Below are positions 26,964-40,432 of a stretch of DNA of 64,000 bases, piece after piece. The stretch covers positions 43,400,001 through 43,464,000 of the forward strand of contig CM059430.1 in NCBI GenBank assembly GCA_030390025.1, read 5' to 3'. Below the pieces are notes generated by a model, which searched no databases, was not told the origin of the DNA, and saw only the letters and a list, made by a program, of their open reading frames with translations. The DNA comes from Squalus acanthias. Lineage: Eukaryota. A program made the translations under genes and the position numbers. Numbering within the stretch: position 1 is the first letter of the stretch; each line of letters begins with the position of its first letter.

Positions 26964-29314
26964 CATAATTCAAACACAGTTCTCCAAGGTACAAATGAAG
27001 GGTTTTGTTCAGAATCATTGGAACTGTAATTACTTGTAGGGATTAATACTTTATTTCTAGGGCGGGTAAAGGGGATCTGTCCCCTCTATTTTGCAACCTT
27101 TAGGTAGGTGAATATTTCAACTCACAGGCTGAGGAATCAGTTTGTGCTTATTCTTTTGTTATTATGTTAAAATGTTATAAAGAACAAATAGATGTTGATT
27201 TTAATAAAGCCAGGCAATAGTGGCCTAACTGGTGGTGGAATTGGCACATGTACAGTTATTAAGGCCATTACTTTCCCTAATTAAGTTCTAACTTGAAGGT
27301 ATTAGCCATAGTTGGTTATATTACTGCTGGGAATAGAAAACTAGTTTACTCAGTAAAGTTGCAGTCATTGGTAAAGTATGAGCTACCACAGAAAGTAGCC
27401 AGAAATCCAGCATGTCACTCATAAATGCCATGGGTCACCATATCTTGTAATTCATTTAAGAATCTGGGGGGATTCGGGTTGGATTGTGACAGAGAATAAG
27501 GGAAATTCAAGCAGAGGCCAAACCACTGCCTCACTGCCCCAACTGAGATTTCCCTCCCCCCACCCACACTGGGACCGTCCCAAGACCTCAGAGAATTTTC
27601 CTCATATCTGCCTCACTCATTACCGCTTTCTGGTGCTGCCATATGGAAGCTCATATCAGCCAAGGCCCTCAGTTGGACATGCACCCCAATCTTCTGGGCA
27701 TTTCGAACTTTTATGGGGCCTTCACTGGCTCTTCTGGTACTGCAACATCACTGAGACTTTCCGCCCTCACACTGGACGGCTAAAAACTTGGCAGTGGGAA
27801 TCCTGATGGGATCTCACCATGCATAATGAATGACCTCTGACCCAGGGAAATGGATCAGTGTTAGGGCAAAACGGAAGGGCAGGCGTAAATTCCGCCTTGA
27901 AGAGGAGAATCCCAGCAAAAATGCTTCTTATAACCATTCCGTGGCATTAAATGAAACAGACCCCTTTTCACCTACCTCCAACTCTGACTTTCCCTGGAAA
28001 TCCCCATTATACTTCCGAAGATCCAGCATGAAAGGATACTGCGAGAATTAATCTCTGGAGCTCAGAGAAGCCCATCAGGCACATCTTCTCCCTATGCTCC
28101 GTATACATCTCCACCATGGCAGATACCACTGGAAACCTATGTAGCTTGTGACAACAAGACTGGGTCCATCTTTAAAATGAGAGAACTGAAGAAAAGAAAA
28201 GGGGCTAAACATTATAGTCATTACGTGGCACAGAATGAGAGAGTGTTAACTCCAAATCATGCACACATTGGCAGCATCGGATAGATTGCCCGTTACATAC
28301 CCCATCCAACTTTTCTTTCATTGACCCCGCCAATGTGAACAGTTCTGTTAATAAACTCCATCAACCCTACTGGATGAGATGTGGTCAAAAGGACATCTTA
28401 CTAGACACACTCTGGTTGTGCTCATGCCTGAGCTCTTCTAAGCAAAGACCCTGGAACCAACAAGAGGCATGACTAATGCCACCATCTTCCCGCAGACCTT
28501 GCCATGTATATTGGCCTGTTGCCTGGAGAACAGGCAATAATGTACAATATTCAACTTTGCAGATTCCAAACTATATGCAGCAAGATGCAACTCTCTAACC
28601 ATGGGAAACCTAGCTCCTCCATTATAAACATTAACAAAGCACCTGTAGGGCAATTGTTGACCCAAAGAGGTGAAGCATGGCTGCATCTGGAGCTGAAAAA
28701 GCACTAAAACACGTGGATCACCTTCTTGCAGTCACTCTACCCAATTCTCCACTCCAATTTCATACCCTCCAAATTGAAAAGGGAGATTGACAGAGAGATG
28801 GGGAGATATACATATCTGAATTTTGTGTTACTTTGCATCTACCACTATGTCTACCAAGCTACATCCAGATGTAAACTTTGCAAATCACAATGACAAAAAA
28901 TATCCAATTACAGAGGAACAACCTTAAAAACCAGTTATCTGTCAATAGAACATGTTGTATAACTAATTTGTGGAACGTGTATAAAAAGCATATTATTGAG
29001 AATCTGTCAGTACAATGTCAACGTTAGAATACATAATCCTTTTTACTTTTAAGAACCAGGACAATACATATCAATTTACAAGGCAATAACATATTGACGG
29101 ATTCAGATGATGCCAAAAGTCTTTGGTACCTACAAATGCATTAGCTCCTTGAAACACACTCCAAATTGTGCTATTCTTTATAATATATACATACTGAGTT
29201 TGTGAGGCAATTCTATTCCATTTTTGGTTTCTTTTCATTTGCTGACGGATGGTGTCATGATGGCAAGTTCCCACAATCAAATGACATGATTTGAACTGAA
29301 ATACTATTATAACA

Positions 29315-29370
29315 CCGACACAGGCATGATGGGCCGAATGGCCTCCTTCTGTGCTGTAGGAGTCTATGAT
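29315..29370 (+). mobile_element. CR1-type 3' tail fragment
   Basis: gatgggccgaatggcctccttctgtgctgt. Confidence 0.7.
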
Positions 29371-30473
29371 TTGAGATAAGGTGCTATTGTACCATGTGAA
29401 TTGAACAACAGTTTCATTTCAAAGAATGTTACAAGAGTAGCGGACTTCGCAGATATTATAACTGTGTAGCACATGACATACAGCAAAAACAAAACAAAAA
29501 GACTATAATATGCTTCTAACAGTGGCTGGTGGTTTATACTGCAATTATTCATAAACGTCTAGAAATTACTGTCGGTACATGATTTATGGGTATGATGTGA
29601 ATTACTAAAAGTTTCTGGAAGAGTTTCCTCCTGCTGGTTCACACAAGGAATTGCTGTTTTCAGTTTGTGTGCAAAACTGTGGGCATTCTCTCTCCTACAA
29701 CGAGAATGGGTGCAGCATCAACCCTCCAATCAGCTATGATTCACAATTAGAAGTCAGTTAAGTACCTGAAATAGCACTGAGAAAGAAAAGCTGGCTGATT
29801 ACTAACCAAATTGCTGCAAATTTCAGAGTTACTAACAAAAGCCAGGAGCTGTAAGCCCCTCTGCATGGATCCAGGGAAAGACAGACCATTTGAGGGGCTG
29901 ATAGATACCCCCAGAAATGCCTGGTGCGCCAGGCACAGGCGGAGGTAGCTTGAAGCAGCCATATCAGTCAGTCACCACAGTCTCGGATGTGGTTAACTCG
30001 CATGCAGTGTCCTCACAATACGCAACCCAAGGAGGTCTAGAGTTACCAAAAATCCAATGGCCGTCAGTTGAAAATCTGCAGTCAGCGAGCTCACTTGCTC
30101 TTTCCACAAGACAATTACTTAGGAGTAGTAGGTTAGATTCCACAATTTAAAACAAAGCACAAACACCAAGGGGCAGCACCATGCCAACTCAAACAGTCGA
30201 CATTTAAACACTACATAATAAAAGAAATAAATCCCCTGCACTTGACTGGAACACTGTGCTGAGTATATATGTATCATTGGTTATCATTGTCACAGGACAG
30301 CAGGGCTGGGAAATGTAAATTAGAATTCCGATGGGATGTCTGAACCAGTGTGCTCTAAACAATGAAAGATAGCTTAACATTCGAGTGATCATTCACAATC
30401 ATTGCTGCTGCGACAACTCTATTTATTTGAACACAGCAGGAGTCATTGCCAAGTTAGGCTGTTGGGTTCTGCC

Positions 30474-30480
30474 TGTGTGT

Positions 30481-30516
<36 letters not shown>
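30474..30516 (+). repeat. (TG)n microsatellite
   Basis: Direct reading. Confidence 0.95.
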
Positions 30517-31488
30517 TGGGGGGTGGGGGAGGGGACAGTAGTCAGAAATTGCAGGGAGAGGATGTTTTACCCTTGGCTGAAAGCCAAAATGCAGAGGAGT
30601 TATTTTGTTTAAGTTAAGTAAGACAACCTACTGATGTGGGGAAGTGTGGGCTGTTCTTTATTTTGTATCATTAAACAAAGGTAAATTGTACTGATTGAAC
30701 TAAGTAAATGTAATTATAATTGTTGCTCTGTATGTTCACTTGATGTGAAATAAAGCAGCTTAATGATTTGTAGCAGGCTTCACCTCGCCAAGTGTTAATG
30801 CAGTCAACTTCGAAGAGATTGAAGAAGTATATGTGTATAAGGCACAAATATCTGGTTCAGATCACAAGAGAGTATTATTGTTACATCCCTAGGTCACGCT
30901 ACCGTGCAAGTAGATATAGGGCAGTTTGAGTCAATTCCCGTAAAAACTAACATGCTTAGACTGGTTACAGGAGCGACTAATGGCACTGAACCCGAGAAAG
31001 TACCTACCACAGACCCACATTTGTAAGTCTCCCTGTTGCCATCCTTCTATTCTTCTTTCCCTTCCAAATAAGGCTGACATAGAAGGTATTGTGAAATCTT
31101 GTGGGGAAGCAGGCATTTATTTGCATAATTCTGTGCTGGTAATTACAACACCAATTCCACATTGAAATAAAAAATTCTCTTTTATTGGTCATTCGTGCTG
31201 GGTTCCTGTTATATTGTAACCAATAATAAATAAATAAGCATTGTGCCTAAAGACTCACTGGTAACATAGGTGGAGTTGATACCCTTCTGGCCTGTGGGAA
31301 AGCCAATAGTAGTGTAGAATTACATTGCTCTCAAATGTTGCTGCTGTTGGTTAGTGGGAAAAGGCACACTGTCATTGGCCCTACTGAATAATACACCTGT
31401 GGCTTCTTTGATATATGTGTGTGCAACAAACTGGCTGACACTGCAAATGGCCCCAATCTAGCCTGGAAGAAGCTTGATGCATAATACA

Positions 31489-32315
31489 GGGAGGACCGAA
31501 GCCATTGTCTTTGGTCCCCGCCACAAACTCCATTCCCTACCCACCAACTCCATCCCTCGCCCTAGCATCTGTCTGAGGCAGAACCAGACTGTTCACAACC
31601 TTGGACCCTGAAATGAGCTTCTGACCACATATCCGCACCATAACTAAGACCGCCTATTTCCACCTTTGTCACATCACCCGCCTCCGCCCCACCTCAGCTC
31701 ATCTGCTGTTGAAACCCTCATCCATGCCTTTGTTACCTCTAGACTTGACTATTCCAACGCACTCATGGCTGGCCTCCCACGTTCTACCCTACATAAACTT
31801 GAGGTCACCCAAAAATCGGCTACCCGTATCCTAACTCGCACCAAGTCCTGTTCACCCATCACCACTGTACTCGCTGACCTACATTGGCTCCTGGTTAAGC
31901 AATGCCTCGATTTTAAAATTCTCATCCTTGTTTTCAAATCCCTCCATGGCCTCGCCCCTCCCTAGCTCTGCAATCTCCTCCAGCCCCACAACACCCCCAC
32001 CCCCGAGATAGCTGCGCTCCTAATTCTGGCCTCTTGAGCATCCCTGATTTTAATCGCTCAACCATTGGTGGCCATGCCATCTGTTGCCTAGGCCCTAAGC
32101 TCCAGAATTCCCTCCCTAAACCTCTCCGCCTCTCTTTCCTCCTTTAAGACGCTCCTTAAAACCTACATCTTTGAGCAAGCTTTTGGTTATCTGCCCTAAT
32201 TTCTCCTTATGTGGCTCGGTATCAAATTTTATTTTATTATACTCCTGTGAAGCGCCTTGGGACGTTTTACTACATTAAAGGCACTACATAAATACAAGTT
32301 GTTGTTATTGTTGTT
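31489..32315 (+). mobile_element. L2 LINE 3' fragment
   Basis: ETLIHAFVTSRLDYSNAL...LHWLLVKQCLDFKIL followed by an L2 tail with (ttg)n. Same family as 53281-55605. Confidence 0.92.
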
Positions 32316-32632
32316 AGTTTGATGACTGCAGGTGGTCATGTATGGATGTTACATGCTCATCTTTGTAAAGGACAGCTCCTTCGATGCTGCTAAACCTCTG
32401 CGTCCATAGGCACATCTCTAATGTCATCAGATGCCTGTTATGGGGGACTCACAGTATAGTGGAGAAGCATGATGTGCCATGCATGCCATTTGACATCACT
32501 TGCGCCCCTTTCCAGCTCTTGTGGTCCTTCCGTACCAAGTGCAGTGATACTGCAGTCCCTGTAGTGACCAGTAACCTAGAAAGTGGAAATAAAGTCTCAA
32601 TCTACTTATCTTTAAATGAAGTCCTGCTCCAC

Positions 32633-32781
32633 GGATAAATACTTGAAGGGGAGAAAATTGCAGGGCTATGGAGAAAGAGCAGGGGAGTGGGACGGATTGG
32701 ATAGATCTTTCAAAGAGCCAGCACAGGCACGATGGGCCGAATGGCCTCATTCTGTGCTTTAAAATTCTATAATTCTATGAT
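32633..32781 (+). mobile_element. CR1 3' tail
   Basis: ggataaatacttgaagggg...gatgggccgaatggcctc...(ttctat)n. Confidence 0.8.
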
Positions 32782-35520
32782 CTGTGGGTAATGAATACAT
32801 CACATCTGTCATCATTCCTAAAGCAATATGCTGTGAACCCTCATCCCCTTTAATACCTTCCCAGCCCCTTAATTAGTAGATTGCAAGATTTGAGTGCATT
32901 AGCATTCACATTTGGTTTTCATCCTTCAATAATGTTAGGGTTGGGAAAACTATAGTACGTGAGCACATGACTACACTCCTGATATTACTGCCCCTATCGT
33001 TCAATTGCCACTGGCATAATGTTTTACACTGATAGCAATTTCTAAGTTATAATTATAAGCTCTAATGCTATTTCACTGAAGTCATTGAGGGCAGCAAGTA
33101 AACAATGAACTGAAAGCATTAATTGCTCCAACTAACTGATAAACATCCATTTTTTTTTCAGTGTTGAAAATTCTAAAAAGAATTCTATTGTATAAACCAC
33201 GTCTGAATAATTTTGTTATAAAAATCTTCCACTTGTCCACAATACAGGAACATGATACTGTGTCCTACGTATCACCAAACTTGTGCATGACTAACTGCAG
33301 AATAGAAGAAAAAGTATAAACTACTACTTACATAAATCATGCATATTTGTCAGAAGACTAATGGTCAATAAAGCAAATAATATTTTCAAGAAGAAAATTT
33401 TACCTCAAGTTTCCCTCTTAAAAGTAAACTGTTGCAGCAACTTATGGCGAATCTTAAAAATAAGTATAGCCTGAAAACTGCAGTCGGCACATTGCATTAT
33501 GAACAGTAACTGAGTGGCATGAGGTAGCAATTTCTGGAGTTGAGTATTGTGTGCTTCCCACCCACTGAGCAGTGGTTACAAAATTGTTACAGGACTTTTC
33601 AGCATGCGTTGTGCTTTCAAATATATACTGTGAGGCAAAGTTATTTGCAATGCAAATCTGATCATTATAGGCACTTAATGTGAGGAGCACAATAAATTGC
33701 TGCCTTAATGAAATGCTTCCAAAATGCACTGATATTGCTATGTAGGTTATCACATGTCAGGAATCCAGGCAACTCCTGTATTTTGAATTGATGGATACTC
33801 ATGGCTCAGGTACTGGATTTTTGGCTCAGACGAGGAAAGGTGTAACAGCTTTAAATGATTCTGAACAGCACAACTGAGATCCCTACGGGGCTGACATTGC
33901 AGCTCTCAATATAATCTATGCACTGAAAATTAGGAGTTCAGAGGTTATAGATGTACAGGTGGCTCTTTAAGGCGGCTTGTTGAAGGTAACTTTTTTTTAA
34001 TGATTTTTGTACATATTATGCGCAGTATTCCATGTGTTGTATTATAAATTCTGGATGTTGTTTGTAATGTGTAACGTAATGTCAGGGGCAGTTTTTCTTT
34101 CTAACTATTGGTAACCAATCAAGCTTCGTCATCATCAAAGCCTGCAAATTGCTGCTGGCACACAGCATTGTGCCAGTGGCAATTGTGGGATAAGGGTAAG
34201 AAGAAACTGAGAGGGGCTGCCAGGGATGTCAGATTGAACCAGAGGTGCACTGTCCGGGCTTGCCGCTATCCCACCTATTGACTCTGCAGCCCCAGGCATA
34301 GCTGTCTACCGCTGGAGGCTCAGGTTTACTAAAGAGGCAGTTACACAGCTGTAGCATCTGATTCACGAAGACCTACGGACAACCTCAACCATTGGGACAG
34401 CACGAATAGGGACTGTCAAGGTAAACACAACTCTCTTGTTTTATACCACTGGCTCCTTCCAGGTTACTACAGGGAACATCTGCAGTGTCAGCCAATTTGC
34501 TGCCACAGATTATCAGGGAGATCGCAGATTCTGGGCTACCGTTAGATTGTAACCATGAATAAATACTCAGCACAATATTCAAGTCAAGAGTAGGGTGTTT
34601 ATTTCCTCTACTGTAAAACGCGTGAATGTTGACACATTACATCTCCTTGGTACAGTACTTGGACCTCATTTCCACCCATGTCTGGTGCACCAGGTGCTTC
34701 TGCCAATGGTGGCGGCGAGGGGGTGTGCCGTTGTTCAGAGTCCTTCCAGAGGATTTGCAACCCCTTGGTATTTCTCTCAATATGATCGAAATCTACAGCA
34801 ATTTGTTGAGTAATCAGCTAACTTTGTCATCGCCGTGCTATTTCTGGTGCTTAATTGCCTCCTAATTGAGGCTCACAGCTTATTTAGGGGATTTATTGCT
34901 GCTCTTTTCTCATTGGCTGGCACACTATGCAGGAGAAACTTCCCACATTTTAGCTCATAGACTGAAAACAGCAAAATTGTGCGTAAACCAAGATGGAGAA
35001 ATTCAACCAAAAGCTTTTAGCAAGCCACAGTTATCATACAAACTGCAATTTCCAGGGTTATTTATCTCTATAGATAAAAGTCTTTGGTCTGACATGCCTC
35101 TAAGCAGCATGGGAAACCAGGTGTAAGCATACTGATTGGTTTAAATTTCCCATTCCCATCAAAAATAACAGCTGTAACCCATTTTCTCACTCTTGATTTA
35201 TGATGCCAGTTTTAAATTAATTCCCCCTCTCCATACTAATGCTTTATACTCCGGGTCCAGACTTCTGCCCTGGCCTTATCTGTGCTGCCACCCTCTTCCC
35301 CAGCCAGTATTTCAGCCCTTCAGTGCTTCCTGTTTCTAGTCTCTCCAATGTCTTAACTCCCTGTCAGAGTCTTCCCAGTCCCAGACTCAATAAGTGTCTT
35401 CAGATCCCAGCTCACCCTAAGCTTTTCCTGAGTGCTTGCAGACCCCAGACCTCACCTTGAAGGGCCATCCCAATGCCAAAGTACTTGCAGGCCTAAGACT
35501 GCAACCCCCTCCTCCCCTTC

Positions 35521-36919
35521 CCCCAAGGATTGGAAAATTGCAAATGTCACTCCATTATTTAATAAAGGAGGGAGGGAGAAACCAGGAAACAGACCTGTCA
35601 GTTTAACATCAGTTGTGCGGAAATTACTGGAATCATCAAGGACAGAATGACTGAGCGTTTGAACAAATATGAGCTGATCAAAGGGAGTCAGCATGGATTT
35701 GTGAATGGTAAATCATGTTTGACTAATCTAGTTGAATCTTTTGAGGTGGTCACTAACATGGTGGACATTTAGGCATTTAATTAGGCTCCGCACAAGAGAT
35801 TATTACCAAAAATAAAAGCGCACGTGATTGGAGGTAACCTTGTGATATGTGTTGGTAATTGGTTGGCAGGTAGGAGACAGAGAGTAGGGATAAAGGGAAA
35901 GTACTGATTGGTGGGATGTGACAAGTGGGGTTCCTCAGGGATCTGTACTGGGGCTTCAGCTTTTCACCATATATATCAATGACTTAGGTGAAGGAATAGA
36001 GAATTGTATATCCAAGTTTGCAGATGACACTAAGTTAGGAGGCACAGTAAGTTGTGTAGATGGGAGCACGAAGTTACAAAGGGACATAGGCAGATTAAGT
36101 GAGTGGGCTAAACTGTGGCAGATGGAGTTCAATGTGGTAAAGTGTGAGGTCATCCACATTGGATCCAAAAAAGACAATCAGAATATTTGTTAAATGGCAA
36201 GAGACTGGGAGCTGTGGAGGAGCAAAGAGATTTAGGTGTCTATGTACACAAATCACTAATGGCTAGTGCACAGGTAGAAAAAATAATCAAAAAGGCTAAT
36301 GCAATGTTGATCTTTATCTCAAGGGGGTTAGAATACAAAGGGGAGGAAGTTATGCTTCAGTTGTACAGAGCCTTGGTCCGACCTCACCTGGAGTACTGCG
36401 TTCAGTTGTGGGCACTCTACCTCTGGAAGGATATATTAGCCTTGGAGGTGGGACAATGCAAATTCAGCAGAAGGACACCAGGACTTAAAAGGGTTAAATT
36501 ATGAGGTCAGGTTGCATAAACTTGGCTTGTATTCCCCTGAGTTTAGACGGTTGAGTGGTGATTGATGAATGGATTCGTTAGGGTAGATACAGAGAAACTA
36601 TTTGCTCTAGTGGGGGAATCCAGAAAAAGGGGGTACAATCTTAAAATTAGAGTTAGGCCATTTAGGAGTGAAATCAGGAAGCACTTATTCATACAAAGGG
36701 TAATAGAAATCTGGAATTCCTTCCCAAAAAGGCTGTGGATGCTGGTCAGTTGAATTTGTCAAGACTGAGATCGACTGATTTTTATTCGGTAAGGGTATCA
36801 AGGGATATGGATCAAAGTTAGGTAAATGGATTTGAGGTACAAATCCGCCATGATCTGATTGAATGGTGGAACAGGCTCTAGCAGCTGAATGACCTACTCC
36901 TGTTCCTATGATCCTATGT
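35521..36919 (+). mobile_element. CR1 LINE reverse-transcriptase fragment (pseudogenised ORF2)
   Basis: DWKIANVTPLF.KG, SGVPQGSVLG, KFADDTK and LVRPHLEYC plus a 3' tail; frameshifted. Confidence 0.95.
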
Positions 36920-39900
36920 GCTCCCAGATCCATTCCAATGGATTTCTCCCAGGCCTAGCATCTCTCCAAGTCCCTTCTCCATGGTCTCTCCCATTTGCCA
37001 AACCCAAACACTACTTCCTCTTGGCCACATTAAGACCAGCTATTCTCACCCTGGCCCACAACACACTTTTTCTCTCCCCCACATATTTGCAGCATCTGCA
37101 CACTCAATACGGATTCCCACCTCCCAACAAGTACGCACTGCCAAATAAATAGTTGGTTCTGTACTAATACTTGTGAAATAGAAAATATTTGCTTATGAAT
37201 CCATGTTACTTGAACAAGGACGATAGAATATAAACATAGCTAAAAGTGAAATCATTCTGTAAATAATTAGTTCTGTGCCCATGGTTTTACATTTATGGCT
37301 CCTTTATACTATGCAAAAAATTTGCAAAGTTAAATAGGCAGTATTATAGTCATTATAATGTCAAGTTGTAGTCCTGCAACCTAATTGAATAAGATGTGCC
37401 AGTCAAAGGGGAAAAAAATCAGGGTCTGTATTCCCCTGTAGACAAAGTTTGATCAGCAAGTAATGGCTATCAACCAAGAGCAGCACAGTGGACTGACATC
37501 TTGCTTGAGAATCAATTCTCAAAATCTACACACACATTGGAATCAATTGAGAAGGATTAAGTGAGACAGATTAACGACATTTTCATGAACTCCTTAACTC
37601 ACTTATTTGGAGTCCTATGTATTGTTCTGGCTGTATACCTACCCCAATTTATATCAGAATTTACAAAAAGCACACTGTTAGCAAACACGATAAGCCTGGT
37701 TTTCACCTAGCCATAAAAATATATATTTAATGCATCTGCCAGTACGTATATGGACATATCTTTAATTTTATTGTCTCTTTTTCTTAATAAATGTATCATT
37801 GTGTGCATTTATTCTTTATGTGGAGTCACTATAAGATGTGACATCTCCAGCATTCAAATGAAAATGAGTTTTATACCTTTGTCAAGTCCAAACTTTTGTT
37901 GTGCAGTTTTCTATTATGCAGCCTTTCCTCGTATTCAGAATCAATGAACACATTGCTTCTATGTTCAATGTGCAAGATTTCAACTCTGTCCGAGTTTTTA
38001 GTTTCTTGGACACTTCTGGCACAAATGCTCTTTTAATAGTTATTACCTCCTATAGAAATTCAATTTTGCAACAGTAAAATGTATCTTTTTATTTGGGCTG
38101 TCAATGAATGTTACCTACCTCAGTAAGATTACAGTAACATTTGCCTATTAACCATCTAATGAAAGACGGACTGCAAATGCTTTGTGAAGTGCTGCCGCCA
38201 GTGGCCACTGAGTCATTAACTTTCACTTGTGTGCAGGAGATCTAAAACAGCAATTACACTAAAATTGCACAATACAATATAAATCTCATTCAAGCTCCTT
38301 GCTCGTCTTCCAAAATGAGATCATTCATTTGATACAAGAATTTTCGAAAGATTTACTGATTTTTGTAGATTTATTTTTTTCTTCAAACATTTCGGAAATT
38401 GGTACTAAAATGTTTAAAACAAAAATAAATTCACCTAATAGTCTACTAAAAAGAAAGCTGCATGGCAACAATATGCCATTAATAATTTTTTAACACAAGG
38501 CATATTTATTTCTACTGTTGTATTGTATAAGGTTCTCAAACTGTTAGCTTCAAACATAGACAAATATTTTTAGACAAAAGATCAAATTCAACTCTCCTTC
38601 ACCTACTGCAAATATTATTTTTGAGTACTTATAATATTGAAGACAAGTTACTTATTTTAAGAATTACATTATTGCCTTGAATTATGTTCTGCAGCTTTTT
38701 TACAGCAGTTTGTGACAATAAATGTATAAAAATGAACTAATTTAAATTCTTAGAAAATTAACATCTAAAATAATGAAGCATCAGATTCACATCATCAATT
38801 GGAAATTCAAAAATACATTTTATCAACCAGTTCTATACATCATTATCTACTGAACCTAGTAATAGAACACAACTTAGCTAAAGAACCAAATCAAATTAGA
38901 TTTTTTTTCAACTTTTATCAGTTACAAATACAAAAGACTTTCAAATGACATATTTGCTGAATTTGCGTCCATAGTTCAGAAAAGCAGAAATTACAACAAA
39001 ATGTTTTACTAACTGTAACTTCAAAGTGTATTTAATTAATTTGCCTGGAAAGTCTCTCCTACATTCTAATGCAAAATGCAGGCAGTTATCAAATCCAAAA
39101 GACTATTCAATTCAGCACTATACCCCTTCTTAACTGAAAAGATAGTTTAAACATGCAACCATACACAACAATTTCTCATTGAGTGCCAAATTTAGTACAT
39201 AGTAGTACAAAAGCTGAGATTATCCCCCTCTGTTAAATACTTAGAAATCAAAAACCAAACTGAGCAAGAAACTAGTATAAGATTATGATAACAGGATCAT
39301 GTTCAGTTATAAAAACAAGTGTCCAAACTTCTCTCATGTCACTTTCTTTACAGGGCCTCTCCCAGGCAGTGAAAGGACTCATCTGAATGTGTGTAGTAGC
39401 TCATTTTGAAACCATCCCTTTGAACTGGATTCATGGGGTATTTGCATAAGAAGATTTCAGTGAGGAGAATGGGCTGGTACTGCATCTGGTCATTAATATG
39501 CCTGGTAATTCTGCATATTGTAAACCCACTGATGCATCACTAAAGACACAAATTCAAGGACAGTGATCCCAATGCTATTGTTTGATGACTTTTTTCTATA
39601 AGGACTGAATTTTCTTAAAGTGTTTACTTGGTGAGCACAGTTAGTACAAATTACATACTCATATGAAAACCATGACTTAGAGCTTGCTGGATATAAATTA
39701 AACATGAACTAAGAGACAATGAGCATGATTTAATATATGTTAGCACTGGTGGTAACTGCTTATTGCCTGAGGCTCCAGCACAAATGAATATTTGCATTCC
39801 AAAATATCCTGAGTATAATGTAATATTTTCTCTTTATGCTGCATCTAATAGCTTGTGGTTCACTCCTGTTGTGAAGTGTGACTTTTATTTTTATTCTGCC

Positions 39901-40429
39901 ATAAAGGTTTCTTTATGCAGTCCAAATGAAGACTAAGAAGTTAAAAGAATAATCCTTTAACTTCGCCTCTAACTTTCAGTATATAAATAAATAAATACCG
40001 ATTTATACAATGCCCATGAGCATTTTGTATGTGTTTTATGCTTAAAAATGTCAAAAGGATTATAATTAGAAAAGTGCGGTGAGGGTGTGGGGTGCAATGG
40101 CTCCTTAATATACTAGTATTATCTCTGGCTGTTCCTCTCCAGCATTGAACAAATAAAGTCTGCTCCAGTATTGATTTATGTCAGAAGTCACATAAAAATA
40201 TTACATGCCCTAGGCACTCCTCCACCTTACAACAGTAACAAATATAAAGTGACGTTTCAGGGCACCAACGTAATCAGACATGCATTCTGCCTTAAGATGA
40301 CGCAAGCGCCCTTTCAGATATTAAATCTTAACTGATGCACAAGTTAACATGCCATTTATTTGACATCAGAACCTCAATAAAAAGGGGGGAAAAGCATTAA
40401 AGAAATAAATACTAATTTCTCATACTTAC

Positions 40430-40432
40430 AAA
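40430..40432 (-). CDS. sowah: Sowah-family gene, 3-nt microexon TTT (Phe)
   Basis: Minus strand reads ataacataaatcAG|TTT|GTAAGTATg. It has a 179-nt AG-free zone, with a branch-like ACTAAT and pyrimidine tract about 125 nt upstream. It supplies the F of GF-TALHW. Confidence 0.78.

Noticed and set aside
29747-29962. Minus-strand ORF MAASSYLRL... and AG|GT site at about 29765 as an alternative exon or recursive splice site
   Set aside because: No recognisable homology and a weak donor (gtactt); it cannot be supported without RNA data.
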